Of a stretch of DNA of 64,000 bases, positions 1 to 8,782 are shown piece by piece (the stretch's first letter is position 1; each line of letters begins with the position of its first letter). The stretch spans positions 1 to 64,000 of the IMG/VR virus record IMGVR_UViG_3300037851_000359; one strand, 5' to 3'. This DNA comes from a virus. The notes beneath the pieces were generated by a model that ran no database searches, was not told the origin of the DNA, and was given only the letters and a program-made list of their open reading frames with translations. The position numbers and the translations under genes were made by a program.

Positions 1-112
1 TCATAAATTTCAGGGAGTGTGAGGTAGTTCTAATCATTTTATTATATTTATATCTTTATTATACTATATTTTTAAACATTTTTCTATGACTACGGGGAAA
101 AGACTTGAACAC
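1..112 (-). mobile_element. tnpB: Left end and first codons of a second copy of the TnpB-only element (continues beyond the window start)
   Basis: 1..112 is identical to 56352..56463 and diverges at 113 vs 56464; contains the tnpB start MIRTTSHSLKFM. Confidence 0.92.
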
Positions 113-196
113 AAACATATTATAAATGATGAAATTATGATGATTATTTTTAATAGTCCAAATATCCCAAATAATATTCCAACCAATATTTTTCAT
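110..196 (-). pseudogene. 5' fragment of a small gene interrupted by the TnpB element
   Basis: ATG at 196 overlaps the upstream TGA (ATGA); reads MKNIGWNIIWDIWTIKNNHHNFIIYNMFV into the element at a GTG codon. Confidence 0.55.
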
Positions 197-828
197 AAAT
201 CAACCCCACAATAAGTATAAATCATTGGTTTAAGGGTTAAAATTGTGTTTTCATCATTAAAAATATTTAAATATTTTATATATGCATGAATGATATCAGG
301 AACAATTGGAACAATATTAGTTTGGGCATCTTTTTTATCAACAAACCCATATTCTGAATAATCATACTCATTTGAATAATCAGAATTTAATATTTGAATT
401 ATGTTAATTAATGAAAATCTGGTATCATTAACTAAAATATAATTTAGATTAGTTTTTAAATTTATATAAGATTCAAAAGGATAAAGAGAACGATTTATCA
501 ATTTTATTTTTGACATTTGCGAAGGATTTTCGTAATAATCAATACTATTATCGTATCGTGACCAAGATTTTATAAATGGTTGAAATAGAATAACATTTTT
601 CAATCCAAATTCTTCGTCATAGGTAATAACATCAGAAAAATCCCATTTAATTTTTTCATCAATTAAAAATAATTGAGTAGGATTTAAGGTTTTTTTAAAA
701 TCCTCAAATGATTTTAAAACCAAATCATAGATATTTTTAATATTAAATCTTTTATCAATTATTTCATTATTTTTTGTTTTAACATCTTTTAAGCCATATC
801 CAAGTTTTTTATGGATTCTAATTCCCAT
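193..828 (-). CDS. Hypothetical phage protein
   Basis: 211-aa ORF with AAGGA RBS and an upstream sigma70-type promoter. Confidence 0.75.
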   Translation of the reverse strand: MGIRIHKKLGYGLKDVKTKNNEIIDKRFNIKNIYDLVLKSFEDFKKTLNPTQLFLIDEKIKWDFSDVITYDEEFGLKNVILFQPFIKSWSRYDNSIDYYENPSQMSKIKLINRSLYPFESYINLKTNLNYILVNDTRFSLINIIQILNSDYSNEYDYSEYGFVDKKDAQTNIVPIVPDIIHAYIKYLNIFNDENTILTLKPMIYTYCGVDL

Positions 829-850
829 AATTTATTCCTTATGGGTTTCT

Positions 851-878
851 ATAATAACAACTATTTTTTGATAGTCAA
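851..878 (-). promoter_or_regulatory. Sigma70-type early promoter TTGACT-N16-TATTAT
   Basis: Read directly; one of 13 such promoters with a 16-bp spacer. Confidence 0.7.
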
Positions 879-885
879 TAAAGAA

Positions 886-893
886 TATAAATA
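886..893 (+). promoter_or_regulatory. T4-type late promoter TATAAATA
   Basis: Exact octamer just upstream of the gene at 900; recurs before about 16 genes. Confidence 0.65.
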
Positions 894-899
894 TTATAT

Positions 900-1424
900 A
901 TGAAAAACTTTCAACAATTTTTTACTGAGACAACCAAAACCCAAATTGTTTCGGTTGATGATAAACCAACCATAAATTGGTCGTTAAAAATAACTGATGG
1001 AAACGAACCAATAGGATTAATGCCAATACAATTAGAAACTGGTCCACACGATTCATCAATCCCCCCAATATTAATGAAGGTCGATCAATTTTTATCATTG
1101 AATCCAACAAGAACCCAAAAAATTTCTCCTAATCTTGAACAATTAATAAAAAATGGAAATCCTATAGCACCACCCGTTTTATTTGTTGAACCACATCCAA
1201 ATAATAATCCAAATGAATATATTGTCCATAGCCATGAAGGAAGAGGGCGAGCAATAATAGCAAAACAAATGGGAATTGATAAAATTCCAGTACAAATAAA
1301 TTTTAAATACGAAAAAAATAAAAATTCCCCCAAAAAAAGAAATATTATTATTTATCCTGATGAAACCGTATCTCAAACAAAACCTATAACCGTAACTGTT
1401 ATAAATAAAGGATCTCAATTATGA
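900..1424 (+). CDS. ParB/sulfiredoxin-like domain protein with a capsid-targeting-like N-terminus
   Basis: PPVLFV...YIVHSHEGRGRA...GIDKIPVQI resembles the ParB/Srx core; begins MKNFQQFFTE. Confidence 0.6.
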   Translation: MKNFQQFFTETTKTQIVSVDDKPTINWSLKITDGNEPIGLMPIQLETGPHDSSIPPILMKVDQFLSLNPTRTQKISPNLEQLIKNGNPIAPPVLFVEPHPNNNPNEYIVHSHEGRGRAIIAKQMGIDKIPVQINFKYEKNKNSPKKRNIIIYPDETVSQTKPITVTVINKGSQL

Positions 1425-1518
1425 CGAGAAATTTTAAACAATTTTGGGATTCTAAAATTATTAACCAAAATATTATCAAAATTATTTTAAAATTAGCTAA
1501 AAATAATATTTAAATATA

Positions 1519-2007
1519 ATGGGTTTTATTTATGGGAAAGATGATTATACTCAATTAGGATTAACTACCCATTTTGTAGATATAGTACGAAAATCGGAAC
1601 CAGGATGGAATTTTGCATTTATCGCAGGGTCAAGAGATATGCATTATGCTATTAAAGGAAGACATGGGAAATCAAAGTACGGTCGCCATGCAGTATTATT
1701 TCAGTCGGCAGGAGTTGTTGCATATCATTCTGGTGACGATGAAAAACAAGTCATGTTTTGGGGACCAATGGTTGAAAAACGATATCCAATAGTTTGGGAT
1801 CAGTACCATGATATTTGGACGGTTGCGGGAACTAATCTTTATTCTAGCGAAAACATAGATGACGTTATCCACTGGATCATAGAAAACGAAAGACAAATGG
1901 GTCCGAATATTCTAGGAACAAAGAAAATGCAACCAACTCCTAAAAAAGACAGAGAACAATTATACAAAAAACTACCAAAAGATGATTATTATAGAGGACT
2001 GAAATAA
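1519..2007 (+). CDS. Hypothetical protein, possibly N-terminally truncated
   Basis: 162-aa ORF that is GC-richer than its flanks; preceded by a 30-codon ORF 1421..1513 (MTRNFKQFW...). Confidence 0.55.
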   Translation: MGFIYGKDDYTQLGLTTHFVDIVRKSEPGWNFAFIAGSRDMHYAIKGRHGKSKYGRHAVLFQSAGVVAYHSGDDEKQVMFWGPMVEKRYPIVWDQYHDIWTVAGTNLYSSENIDDVIHWIIENERQMGPNILGTKKMQPTPKKDREQLYKKLPKDDYYRGLK

Positions 2008-2008
2008 T

Positions 2009-2599
2009 TCAACAATCAAAAGCAACAATATAACCTTTTTTAGTTATTCCTAAATTTGATTCCGGTGCTAAATCGCCAGTAGGCAATCCCGCCTTAATAG
2101 CCATTGCTAATTTTTTCGTTTCTTTATATTTTAATAATGTATTAATTTTGTTAATAAAATCCTTTCTATCTGTGAAATCATATAAATGCAAGGCATGCAT
2201 TATTTTTTTATAATCTTCAACAGAATATTTATTTAATAAATATTTTTCAAAATTTTGATCAACTTTTTCTTTATAAGATATAAGATATTGTTTATTGTCA
2301 ATTTCCATAGGAAAATATCCAAAAGATTTTGCAACGCCACCCGTTTCTTGAATTTCATCATCATGAAGAAGAATTTCTTTTAAAGAATGCATATCTTCAT
2401 ATTCATCAATTTGTTCGGCTCTAATAACAATATCTTTATTAGTTTCAAAAACGATTGCATCGGAACCAGAATCTAATTCTTTTGTTGGGGTTGGAAGATT
2501 ATTTTTTTTAGATAATTCAGTTATTGCATAGATAAGATTATCAATAGGATAATCTGAAGGATCTTTATCTTCATTAATATAATATTTTTTAAAATTCAT
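2009..2599 (-). CDS. Protein-kinase-like fold protein with a capsid-targeting-like N-terminus
   Basis: Gly-loop LDSGSDAIVF, catalytic-loop-like GDLAPESNLG, VAFD; begins MNFKKYYINE; late promoter 2606..2613. Confidence 0.62.
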   Translation of the reverse strand: MNFKKYYINEDKDPSDYPIDNLIYAITELSKKNNLPTPTKELDSGSDAIVFETNKDIVIRAEQIDEYEDMHSLKEILLHDDEIQETGGVAKSFGYFPMEIDNKQYLISYKEKVDQNFEKYLLNKYSVEDYKKIMHALHLYDFTDRKDFINKINTLLKYKETKKLAMAIKAGLPTGDLAPESNLGITKKGYIVAFDC

Positions 2600-2618
2600 A
2601 ATAATTATTTATATTGAA

Positions 2619-3923
2619 TTATTTTTTATTTTCCCAGAATAATTTTAAAGCCAATCTTGAGCAACGTTCTTGGAATTGTGCGCCAGTATCGTGATCACCA
2701 TCTTTAATTATTTGTTCAATATATTCAGGAAAATCTCTTAAGATTCTATGAGCAATTTTCCTTCTTCCATTTTCATCAGGCGGCAATATTTCAACAACTC
2801 TATCAATTCTTCCTGGTCGAGTTGAAATATTATCACCATTAGGTTTTCCTAAAGCAACATCAATTTTATCAATATTATTAGTAGTTACAATCAATAATAT
2901 ACCATCACCATTATTGACACCATCAATATTATTTAATAAACAGTCAAAAGACAATCCGCCTTCTGTATGGACTAAATTTTTTCTTCCATCAAAAATTGAA
3001 TCAAAATCTTCAAATAATGCGATACATGGGGTATAATTTTTGATACTTGTCCAATTTCGTGTAAAATCATCATTTGACATATTGGAAAGGTCAAAATTGC
3101 AGATTGGAATATTTAATTCCATAGCCAAAGCTCTAATAAGACTAGTTTTGCCACATCCTGGTTGAGAATGTAACATTAAACCTCGTTTAAATGGTATCAA
3201 ACGATCTTTAAACCAACTTTCACTATCTTTCCAGCGTTTAATTTCTTCAATTGCTATTAAACATTCAGTATTTAAAGCCAAATTATTTAAGGGATTATTT
3301 ATTTTTTCCAATCCTATATCATTTTTATCATAACCAATAGGATTTAAATAATTAGTTAAAATATTAAATTTATAATCAGAAGTAGTTAAACCAGGGGTAG
3401 GGGAGTCACGAATTTCCCCTCTATCTGATGGCATAGCATTATCAGAAAATTTATTATTTCTATTATTAATAAGATTTCCAGAAAAATTTCTAATATAAAA
3501 ACGATTATCAACAGTATTTCCGCTTAACGTTTCATTATAACAATCTACAATATTTTTAATAAAAGTTTCTGGATTATATGTAAATCTTAAAAAGGTTATA
3601 TTGGTATAAGAAATAATAAAAGGAATCCAACCTAACCAATAAATAGTCGGTTCCTCAGATAAATGTTCATAAGCTATAGTTTTATTTTTCTTTTGGGATT
3701 TAACATAATCAGTTTTACTTCTAAATCCTCTAATTGTTAATTTAGAACATTTTGCATTTTTTATCAAATATAATAACATTCCCGTAGAAAGATCTTCATC
3801 AATCTTTAAACGAACAAAAAATAAGCTATAAATCTTTGATAAATAAAGTTTTATATAGTTCCAACAACCAACCAATCCAGCAACAATTGCACTTCCGCCA
3901 ACTAGAGTAGATAGCATAATCAA
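2619..3923 (-). CDS. BCS1-like membrane-anchored AAA+ ATPase
   Basis: N-terminal TM segment; KRGLMLHSQPGCGKTS Walker A, LFEDFD Walker B, LLNNIDG, RPGRID. Confidence 0.85.
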   Translation of the reverse strand: MIMLSTLVGGSAIVAGLVGCWNYIKLYLSKIYSLFFVRLKIDEDLSTGMLLYLIKNAKCSKLTIRGFRSKTDYVKSQKKNKTIAYEHLSEEPTIYWLGWIPFIISYTNITFLRFTYNPETFIKNIVDCYNETLSGNTVDNRFYIRNFSGNLINNRNNKFSDNAMPSDRGEIRDSPTPGLTTSDYKFNILTNYLNPIGYDKNDIGLEKINNPLNNLALNTECLIAIEEIKRWKDSESWFKDRLIPFKRGLMLHSQPGCGKTSLIRALAMELNIPICNFDLSNMSNDDFTRNWTSIKNYTPCIALFEDFDSIFDGRKNLVHTEGGLSFDCLLNNIDGVNNGDGILLIVTTNNIDKIDVALGKPNGDNISTRPGRIDRVVEILPPDENGRRKIAHRILRDFPEYIEQIIKDGDHDTGAQFQERCSRLALKLFWENKK

Positions 3924-4528
3924 TCTTCCATTTCTTCTAATTGTTTAATAGTATCTTTAGTATTTTTATGCAATATTCCAGTACCACCATTTGCAATCCA
4001 ACCATTTATTTTTTCAATAGTATCATCAACCAAAACATAACTTTTTGCTTTTGCATACGGGGATTTATGTTTATCAATGATAATTTCCTCAAAATATTTA
4101 CTAATTCCTTTTGTTTGAAACCAAGCTCGCTTACCAACCTCGCACATAGGATCACTTGAAGGGGAACTTAAAATAAAAAAATGTAATGCTAATTCATTTT
4201 TAAGATTAAGACAATATTCAAATAATTCTTTTCCGTCAGGCATCCAATCTAATCCTGTCCAAAAATCAACTTTTCCTTGAATTAGTTTCCAAAATTTTGC
4301 TTTGGCTCTAAATTTTGCTTCTTTTAATTTTTTTGGATCATTTGTCCCTTTTGAATAATATTTCAATAATGCATCTTCATAATTTCTCAAACTATTAGAA
4401 AAAACATCAAATCCCATATTTTTCAATTCAGAAACAATATGCGGATCAGTATATTTCAGATGATTTTTATATCCTTCTTCAAGATCAACCAAAACCCCAT
4501 CCATATCTAAAAAAAGATGAGAAATCAT
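3920..4528 (-). CDS. HAD-family 5'(3')-deoxyribonucleotidase
   Basis: LFLDMDGVLVD motif I, ILSS, GKRAW, VLVDD. Confidence 0.85.
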   Translation of the reverse strand: MISHLFLDMDGVLVDLEEGYKNHLKYTDPHIVSELKNMGFDVFSNSLRNYEDALLKYYSKGTNDPKKLKEAKFRAKAKFWKLIQGKVDFWTGLDWMPDGKELFEYCLNLKNELALHFFILSSPSSDPMCEVGKRAWFQTKGISKYFEEIIIDKHKSPYAKAKSYVLVDDTIEKINGWIANGGTGILHKNTKDTIKQLEEMED

Positions 4529-4893
4529 CTTATTTTCCTTTGTGTTAAATATTGTTGTTCATATTGAGAAAGTTGTTTATGATCAGGGTCATTTAAATTT
4601 GAATAATAGATATCATCAATAGTTACATTTAATGATTTTAAATAATTTAAAAAAGAATCCATATTAGGAATATATTTCCAATCTTCATTATAGATATACC
4701 AATCACTTACCATTGCTATACACCCACCCCAACAGAATAATTTTTGTTTTTCTACAAATTTTATAAAAGAATCAATAAATGAATCTTCTACTTCATTTGC
4801 ATGAGTTAATTTAACAACTAAAGAAATATGTATATATTCTTTAAGATTATATTTTTTTCTATTTCGTTTTTTGGATGGATTAATATATTTCAT
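4525..4893 (-). CDS. YggL/DUF469-like putative 50S-ribosome-binding protein
   Basis: Basic N-terminus KKRNRKKYNLKEY and IDSFIKFVEKQKLFCWGG resemble YggL. Confidence 0.5.
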   Translation of the reverse strand: MKYINPSKKRNRKKYNLKEYIHISLVVKLTHANEVEDSFIDSFIKFVEKQKLFCWGGCIAMVSDWYIYNEDWKYIPNMDSFLNYLKSLNVTIDDIYYSNLNDPDHKQLSQYEQQYLTQRKIR

Positions 4894-4932
4894 GGTGAAT
4901 AGTTTACGAATAAAGGTAATAATGTCAATAGT

Positions 4933-5400
4933 TTATTCCCAAGGAAATACTAACCAATTTTTAGCTTTAAATGAATGATAATAATCTGGAATTAATTTAC
5001 ATATATTATCTTTATTATAGAATAGGCAACATATTGAACAATTTTGAGATTGTTTTAGATTATATTTTTTCATAAAATAATCTATAGTTCGTCCACTATC
5101 AATAAGATCATCAACGATTAGGATATTATCAGATTTTAATAATTTGAAGGACAATTTTTTAAATCTTGGTTTATAATGATCAAGGATTTTAAATTCTTTA
5201 TTATAGAATGAAATATAGATATCTTGATGAGGTAATTTTAATGCTTTTGATAATGGTTTTGATATATTCAATCCACCTTTAGCGATTCCGACAATTTTTG
5301 TATATGGTATTGAGGATTTTTTTATTTTTATTATTAATTTTTGAATAATTTCATCAATTTGATCTTGAGTAATATATTTAAATTTAGGAGGTTTATCCAT
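4933..5400 (-). CDS. Type I phosphoribosyltransferase (xanthine/guanine PRT-like)
   Basis: VGIAKGG, PRPP loop ILIVDDLIDSGRT, C-terminal WLVFPWE; start re-called at ATG 5400. Confidence 0.88.
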   Translation of the reverse strand: MDKPPKFKYITQDQIDEIIQKLIIKIKKSSIPYTKIVGIAKGGLNISKPLSKALKLPHQDIYISFYNKEFKILDHYKPRFKKLSFKLLKSDNILIVDDLIDSGRTIDYFMKKYNLKQSQNCSICCLFYNKDNICKLIPDYYHSFKAKNWLVFPWE

Positions 5401-5443
5401 GAAGATTCCTTTTGTATAGATTATAAGAAGGAAATAATTAAAG

Positions 5444-5833
5444 TCAAAGATATTTTGAGGCTGGGATAGCATTTATTTTATTATTATATCTATATTGAAA
5501 TTCAAAAATTGTGAAATGATATTTATGTTCAATAACATCAGAAAGGTTTCCTATAGGAATAAGATAATCCGCAATTTTAGCATATATAAATATATCTTCC
5601 ATAGAATATTTTTGATAGAATGGGTTTTTTAATTTATTTTGAGAAAAATTTATAACCTCATTAATAGTTTCAGTTCCAACTCTATCCAAAACCAAATGAT
5701 CCTTTATAATAATTGGAATATAAAAAATGATTTGTGAATGATTTGTTTTATCTTCTTGAATTTTAATAGAACTTCTCTTATTGGGATCAATTTCATTTTT
5801 TTGTACAGCACTATAATAATTTTTGAAAGTCAT
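5444..5833 (-). CDS. Hypothetical protein with a capsid-targeting-like N-terminus
   Basis: Begins MTFKNYYS; in a late-promoter operon. Confidence 0.65.
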   Translation of the reverse strand: MTFKNYYSAVQKNEIDPNKRSSIKIQEDKTNHSQIIFYIPIIIKDHLVLDRVGTETINEVINFSQNKLKNPFYQKYSMEDIFIYAKIADYLIPIGNLSDVIEHKYHFTIFEFQYRYNNKINAIPASKYL

Positions 5834-6111
5834 CGTTTTTTCTCCGAAAAATATTTTTTTGTTTTAACTTCATTTAATTGATTTTGAATTACTGCAATTT
5901 TATCAAATAATTGCCAATTTTCTAATCGAATTTGAACATATTCTTTTTCGATATTTTGAATAATTAAACTCTGTTTTGTTAACGTGGATTCGGCATTCTT
6001 TAATAATGTTTTAATATTTTTTATTTGTTTCTTATTTTGATTATTATTAAACAATATAAAAATAATAAAAAATACTTTTAATAATAGAAGCAAATATATA
6101 AAATAACTCAT
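5830..6111 (-). CDS. Membrane protein with coiled coil (i-spanin-like topology)
   Basis: Hydrophobic N-terminal helix then heptad-rich region; late promoter 6118..6125. Confidence 0.55.
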   Translation of the reverse strand: MSYFIYLLLLLKVFFIIFILFNNNQNKKQIKNIKTLLKNAESTLTKQSLIIQNIEKEYVQIRLENWQLFDKIAVIQNQLNEVKTKKYFSEKKR

Positions 6112-6117
6112 ATGTTA

Positions 6118-6129
6118 TATTTATAAATA
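6118..6129. promoter_or_regulatory. Palindromic overlapping divergent late promoters TATTTATAAATA
   Basis: TATAAATA on both strands between divergent genes. Confidence 0.6.
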
Positions 6130-6146
6130 ATTATATTGGGGATTTT

Positions 6147-6590
6147 ATGTTACTTATTAATGTTTCATTTTATAAAGAAAACGCGAATTTATTTGGGAAA
6201 TGTATTAAATTTTGGACAAATAGCCAATACTTTCATTGCGAAATTGAAATTCCAAAATATAATTTTTATAATTATACTATATATGCAGTACGAAATTCCG
6301 TTATCAAAACCGAAGAAAGACCAGATTTTGGACCACCAACAATAATAAGAATTGAGGTTCCAAATTATAAAGAAATGATTGACTTTTGCGAAACTCAACT
6401 TGGGAAAAAATATGATATTTATGGAATATTTTTTTCGCAAATATTTAACTTTAATAAAGAAAATAAAAATAAATGGTTTTGTTCTGAATTTGTCGTAAAA
6501 GCATTACAAATAGGAAATGTTAACAAAATTAAAAACTTAAAACCAAATAAAATTGATCCTGGGGAATTATTTTCAATATTATCAAAATAA
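6147..6590 (+). CDS. Permuted papain-like NlpC/P60 hydrolase
   Basis: YFHCEI (His), GKKYD, KWFCSEFV (Cys), IDPGEL. Confidence 0.8.
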   Translation: MLLINVSFYKENANLFGKCIKFWTNSQYFHCEIEIPKYNFYNYTIYAVRNSVIKTEERPDFGPPTIIRIEVPNYKEMIDFCETQLGKKYDIYGIFFSQIFNFNKENKNKWFCSEFVVKALQIGNVNKIKNLKPNKIDPGELFSILSK

Positions 6591-6791
6591 TTATTTGTCA
6601 GTTATTTTTTGTTCATCGTATTGACAATTATCTAAAGCATTATACAAATCATAATTAATATTTCCAGAAGTATCAATATATTGTTTATTACAATATTCGC
6701 AGCAGGGAACATTATGTACAACTTTTAAAGTATGCGAAATAATATGACAAGAGCAAGTACAAATTTCTTTTTTCATTTTTATTCCTTTCAA
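6591..6791 (-). CDS. Small Cys/His-rich hypothetical protein
   Basis: CTCSCH...HNVPCCEYC. Confidence 0.6.
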   Translation of the reverse strand: MKGIKMKKEICTCSCHIISHTLKVVHNVPCCEYCNKQYIDTSGNINYDLYNALDNCQYDEQKITDK

Positions 6792-6810
6792 TTATTTATA
6801 AATACTTTCA

Positions 6811-7026
6811 ATGAAGAAAACCAAATTTGACATACCAGAATATATTGAACAAGAAATATTGAAACCTACGTTAATGCAAATTGTGGATAAAAAATATAAA
6901 TATAAATCATTAGAAATATTGGACTTAACGTTATTATCTTCAGGAATATGCAATGCAAAAATAAAAATACAATTTAAAAATAATAAAGAGGAAATAATTA
7001 TTTTTAAATTGTTTTTCAAAAAATAA
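6811..7026 (+). CDS. Hypothetical protein
   Basis: 71-aa ORF ending at the bidirectional terminator; a competing antisense ORF 6792..7019 exists. Confidence 0.45.
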   Translation: MKKTKFDIPEYIEQEILKPTLMQIVDKKYKYKSLEILDLTLLSSGICNAKIKIQFKNNKEEIIIFKLFFKK

Positions 7027-7058
7027 CCCTCTGATGCTATCTGAACATCAGAGGGTTA
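7024..7058. terminator. Bidirectional intrinsic terminator
   Basis: TAACCCTCTGATG/CATCAGAGGGTTA stem between convergent genes. Confidence 0.8.
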
Positions 7059-7076
7059 TATCGCACCCACAAGAAA

Positions 7077-7340
7077 TCAGGCGTCTCTAATCATGCCCTG
7101 AGTCCACAGTTCAACAGTTTGCTTTTCCTTATTAGCGGTTGGGCCAAATGCGGGACCGCCAAAAGGACCATACCCTTGCTTATAATACTTGTTGACCTGG
7201 AATTGCATGTCATCAAGCGTATGACCCTTAACGTAGATGATGGTAGGCATGCTACGCTGTTCGGTGGTGGGGGATTGGGTTTCATCGGCTGTGCTCATAA
7301 GATTCCTTATGTAAGGGGGGTTTGGATGAGCTAGGCGCAA
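7077..7340 (-). CDS. DUF1737-like small protein (true start probably at MSTAD)
   Basis: LDDMQFQVNKYYKQGYGPFGGP...WTQGMIR; own N16 promoter 7371..7398. Confidence 0.6.
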   Translation of the reverse strand: MRLAHPNPPYIRNLMSTADETQSPTTEQRSMPTIIYVKGHTLDDMQFQVNKYYKQGYGPFGGPAFGPTANKEKQTVELWTQGMIRDA

Positions 7341-7387
7341 GTGTTACATAACTTGCTGGTTGATGCTTCAAGTTTAACCGGGGTTTT

Positions 7388-7672
7388 TCAAAAGTCAATA
7401 GGCAGGTTTTCAGATAATTCTAAAGCGAGTTTTGGGATATTAAATTCATTCACTTGGTTTGGTTTATTAAATAAAAACATATTATACATATTAGCAGAAT
7501 CATCATCTTGTTTCAATATTTGATATTGTTCTTTGACAAAGTGTATAGCTTCATCATCAGTTTTAAAAATATCACCATATTTTTTAATTTTCCATTTATC
7601 ATTTTCAAAGATCATCTGCCAACCATCCAATTTAGCATATTTATTATATTCTTTATTCCACAAAGTTTTCAT
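7388..7672 (-). CDS. Hypothetical protein
   Basis: 94-aa ORF with RBS. Confidence 0.6.
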   Translation of the reverse strand: MKTLWNKEYNKYAKLDGWQMIFENDKWKIKKYGDIFKTDDEAIHFVKEQYQILKQDDDSANMYNMFLFNKPNQVNEFNIPKLALELSENLPIDF

Positions 7673-7874
7673 GGGTTTTTCCTTGTTTCCCGGTTTTCAT
7701 AACAAAATAAGGTTCAACGCAATTTTTACATAAACAATTAGCCTGATTATGTTTAGATAATTCAAAATATTGTTCAGCCTGTGTTGAGTCTTGAAAAAAA
7801 ACTGTTTCAAAATCAAAAGATATAAATAATTTTCCGCAATTTTCGCAAGGAGTTAATGAAAAACTAAAATTCAT
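7653..7874 (-). CDS. Small zinc-finger-like protein
   Basis: CENC...CKNC. Confidence 0.6.
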   Translation of the reverse strand: MNFSFSLTPCENCGKLFISFDFETVFFQDSTQAEQYFELSKHNQANCLCKNCVEPYFVMKTGKQGKTHENFVE

Positions 7875-7957
7875 CAGGTTCCTTTATAATAGTCGAATGA
7901 TGTATTATATAGACTTAGTGATTGATGATTCTGGAAAATGGAAACTCATTGTTAACA

Positions 7958-8452
7958 TTATTTAATAGTTAAATTGGTTGTTAATTGTTTTATATCATCT
8001 AACCGTTTCATAGTATTTTTATCAAAAATATCATTAACTTGTAATTTATTATATTCAACATTTGTCGTAATTTGGGCCTTTGCCATGATATTGTGAACAG
8101 CATTAATATAATGACTAAGTTTAGAACAGGTTTCATTAAAAAATTGCAAAGTGAAGTCATATTCATCTATATGATATTTTTGTGTTGTTGGATTGAATTT
8201 TATACTATCTGCTTTTGTTAAGACTGACAATACTTCATCAATTTCCTGATAATTAATAATAAATTCTTTTGGCGATAATGTGTCACTTATTAATTGATGA
8301 CGTTCTCCTGATATTGCAACAGAAGTGGTGTCACTTATTAATTGATGACGTTCTCCTGATATTGCAACAGAAGTGGTGTCAATTATTTTTGCTGTTTTAG
8401 AACTTTTTTGTTTCATAGCTGTAAAGTATAGGCGGGATTTTTCAATAGTCAA
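7958..8452 (-). CDS. Hypothetical protein with an in-frame 16-aa duplication
   Basis: DTTSVAISGERHQLIS x2. Confidence 0.6.
   Translation of the reverse strand: MTIEKSRLYFTAMKQKSSKTAKIIDTTSVAISGERHQLISDTTSVAISGERHQLISDTLSPKEFIINYQEIDEVLSVLTKADSIKFNPTTQKYHIDEYDFTLQFFNETCSKLSHYINAVHNIMAKAQITTNVEYNKLQVNDIFDKNTMKRLDDIKQLTTNLTIK
8280..8381. repeat. Perfect 48-bp tandem duplication
   Basis: 8280..8327 = 8328..8375, plus a partial GTGTCA. Confidence 0.95.
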
Positions 8453-8766
8453 GAATTTTTAATAATTTCAATTTCTTTTTCAGTCAACCCATCTTTTGAC
8501 AAATATTTAATCAACTCTAAGTCCTTTTGTGATTTAAATTTATCACTAAAAATATCTTGAATGGTTCTACAAATTAACCAAACACCAACAATAACTGTAA
8601 CCGGCCACAATATAGCTTGGAAATTAGCTTGAAATAACCAAATTAATGCTCCCACAATAGTAAGCATAATCCACAATTTAGATGAAGTCCAAGATGTTTT
8701 AGGTTTAAATGATTTAATATTTTTCATATAAGATTCTATTTTATCAATATCTATTACATTAGCCAT
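8449..8766 (-). CDS. Two-TM holin-like membrane protein
   Basis: Two short hydrophobic helices after SSKLW; charged C-terminus. Confidence 0.5.
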   Translation of the reverse strand: MANVIDIDKIESYMKNIKSFKPKTSWTSSKLWIMLTIVGALIWLFQANFQAILWPVTVIVGVWLICRTIQDIFSDKFKSQKDLELIKYLSKDGLTEKEIEIIKNS

Positions 8767-8782
8767 GATTTTTTATCCTTTT

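Noticed and set aside
1-112. Terminal redundancy or assembly wrap explaining the identity with 56352..56463
   Set aside because: The flanks differ immediately after GTG and the match coincides with an element end, so it is a second insertion.
8280-8381. CRISPR array
   Set aside because: Direct tandem duplication without spacers, inside a coding frame; no repeat-spacer array or cas gene was seen in the window.
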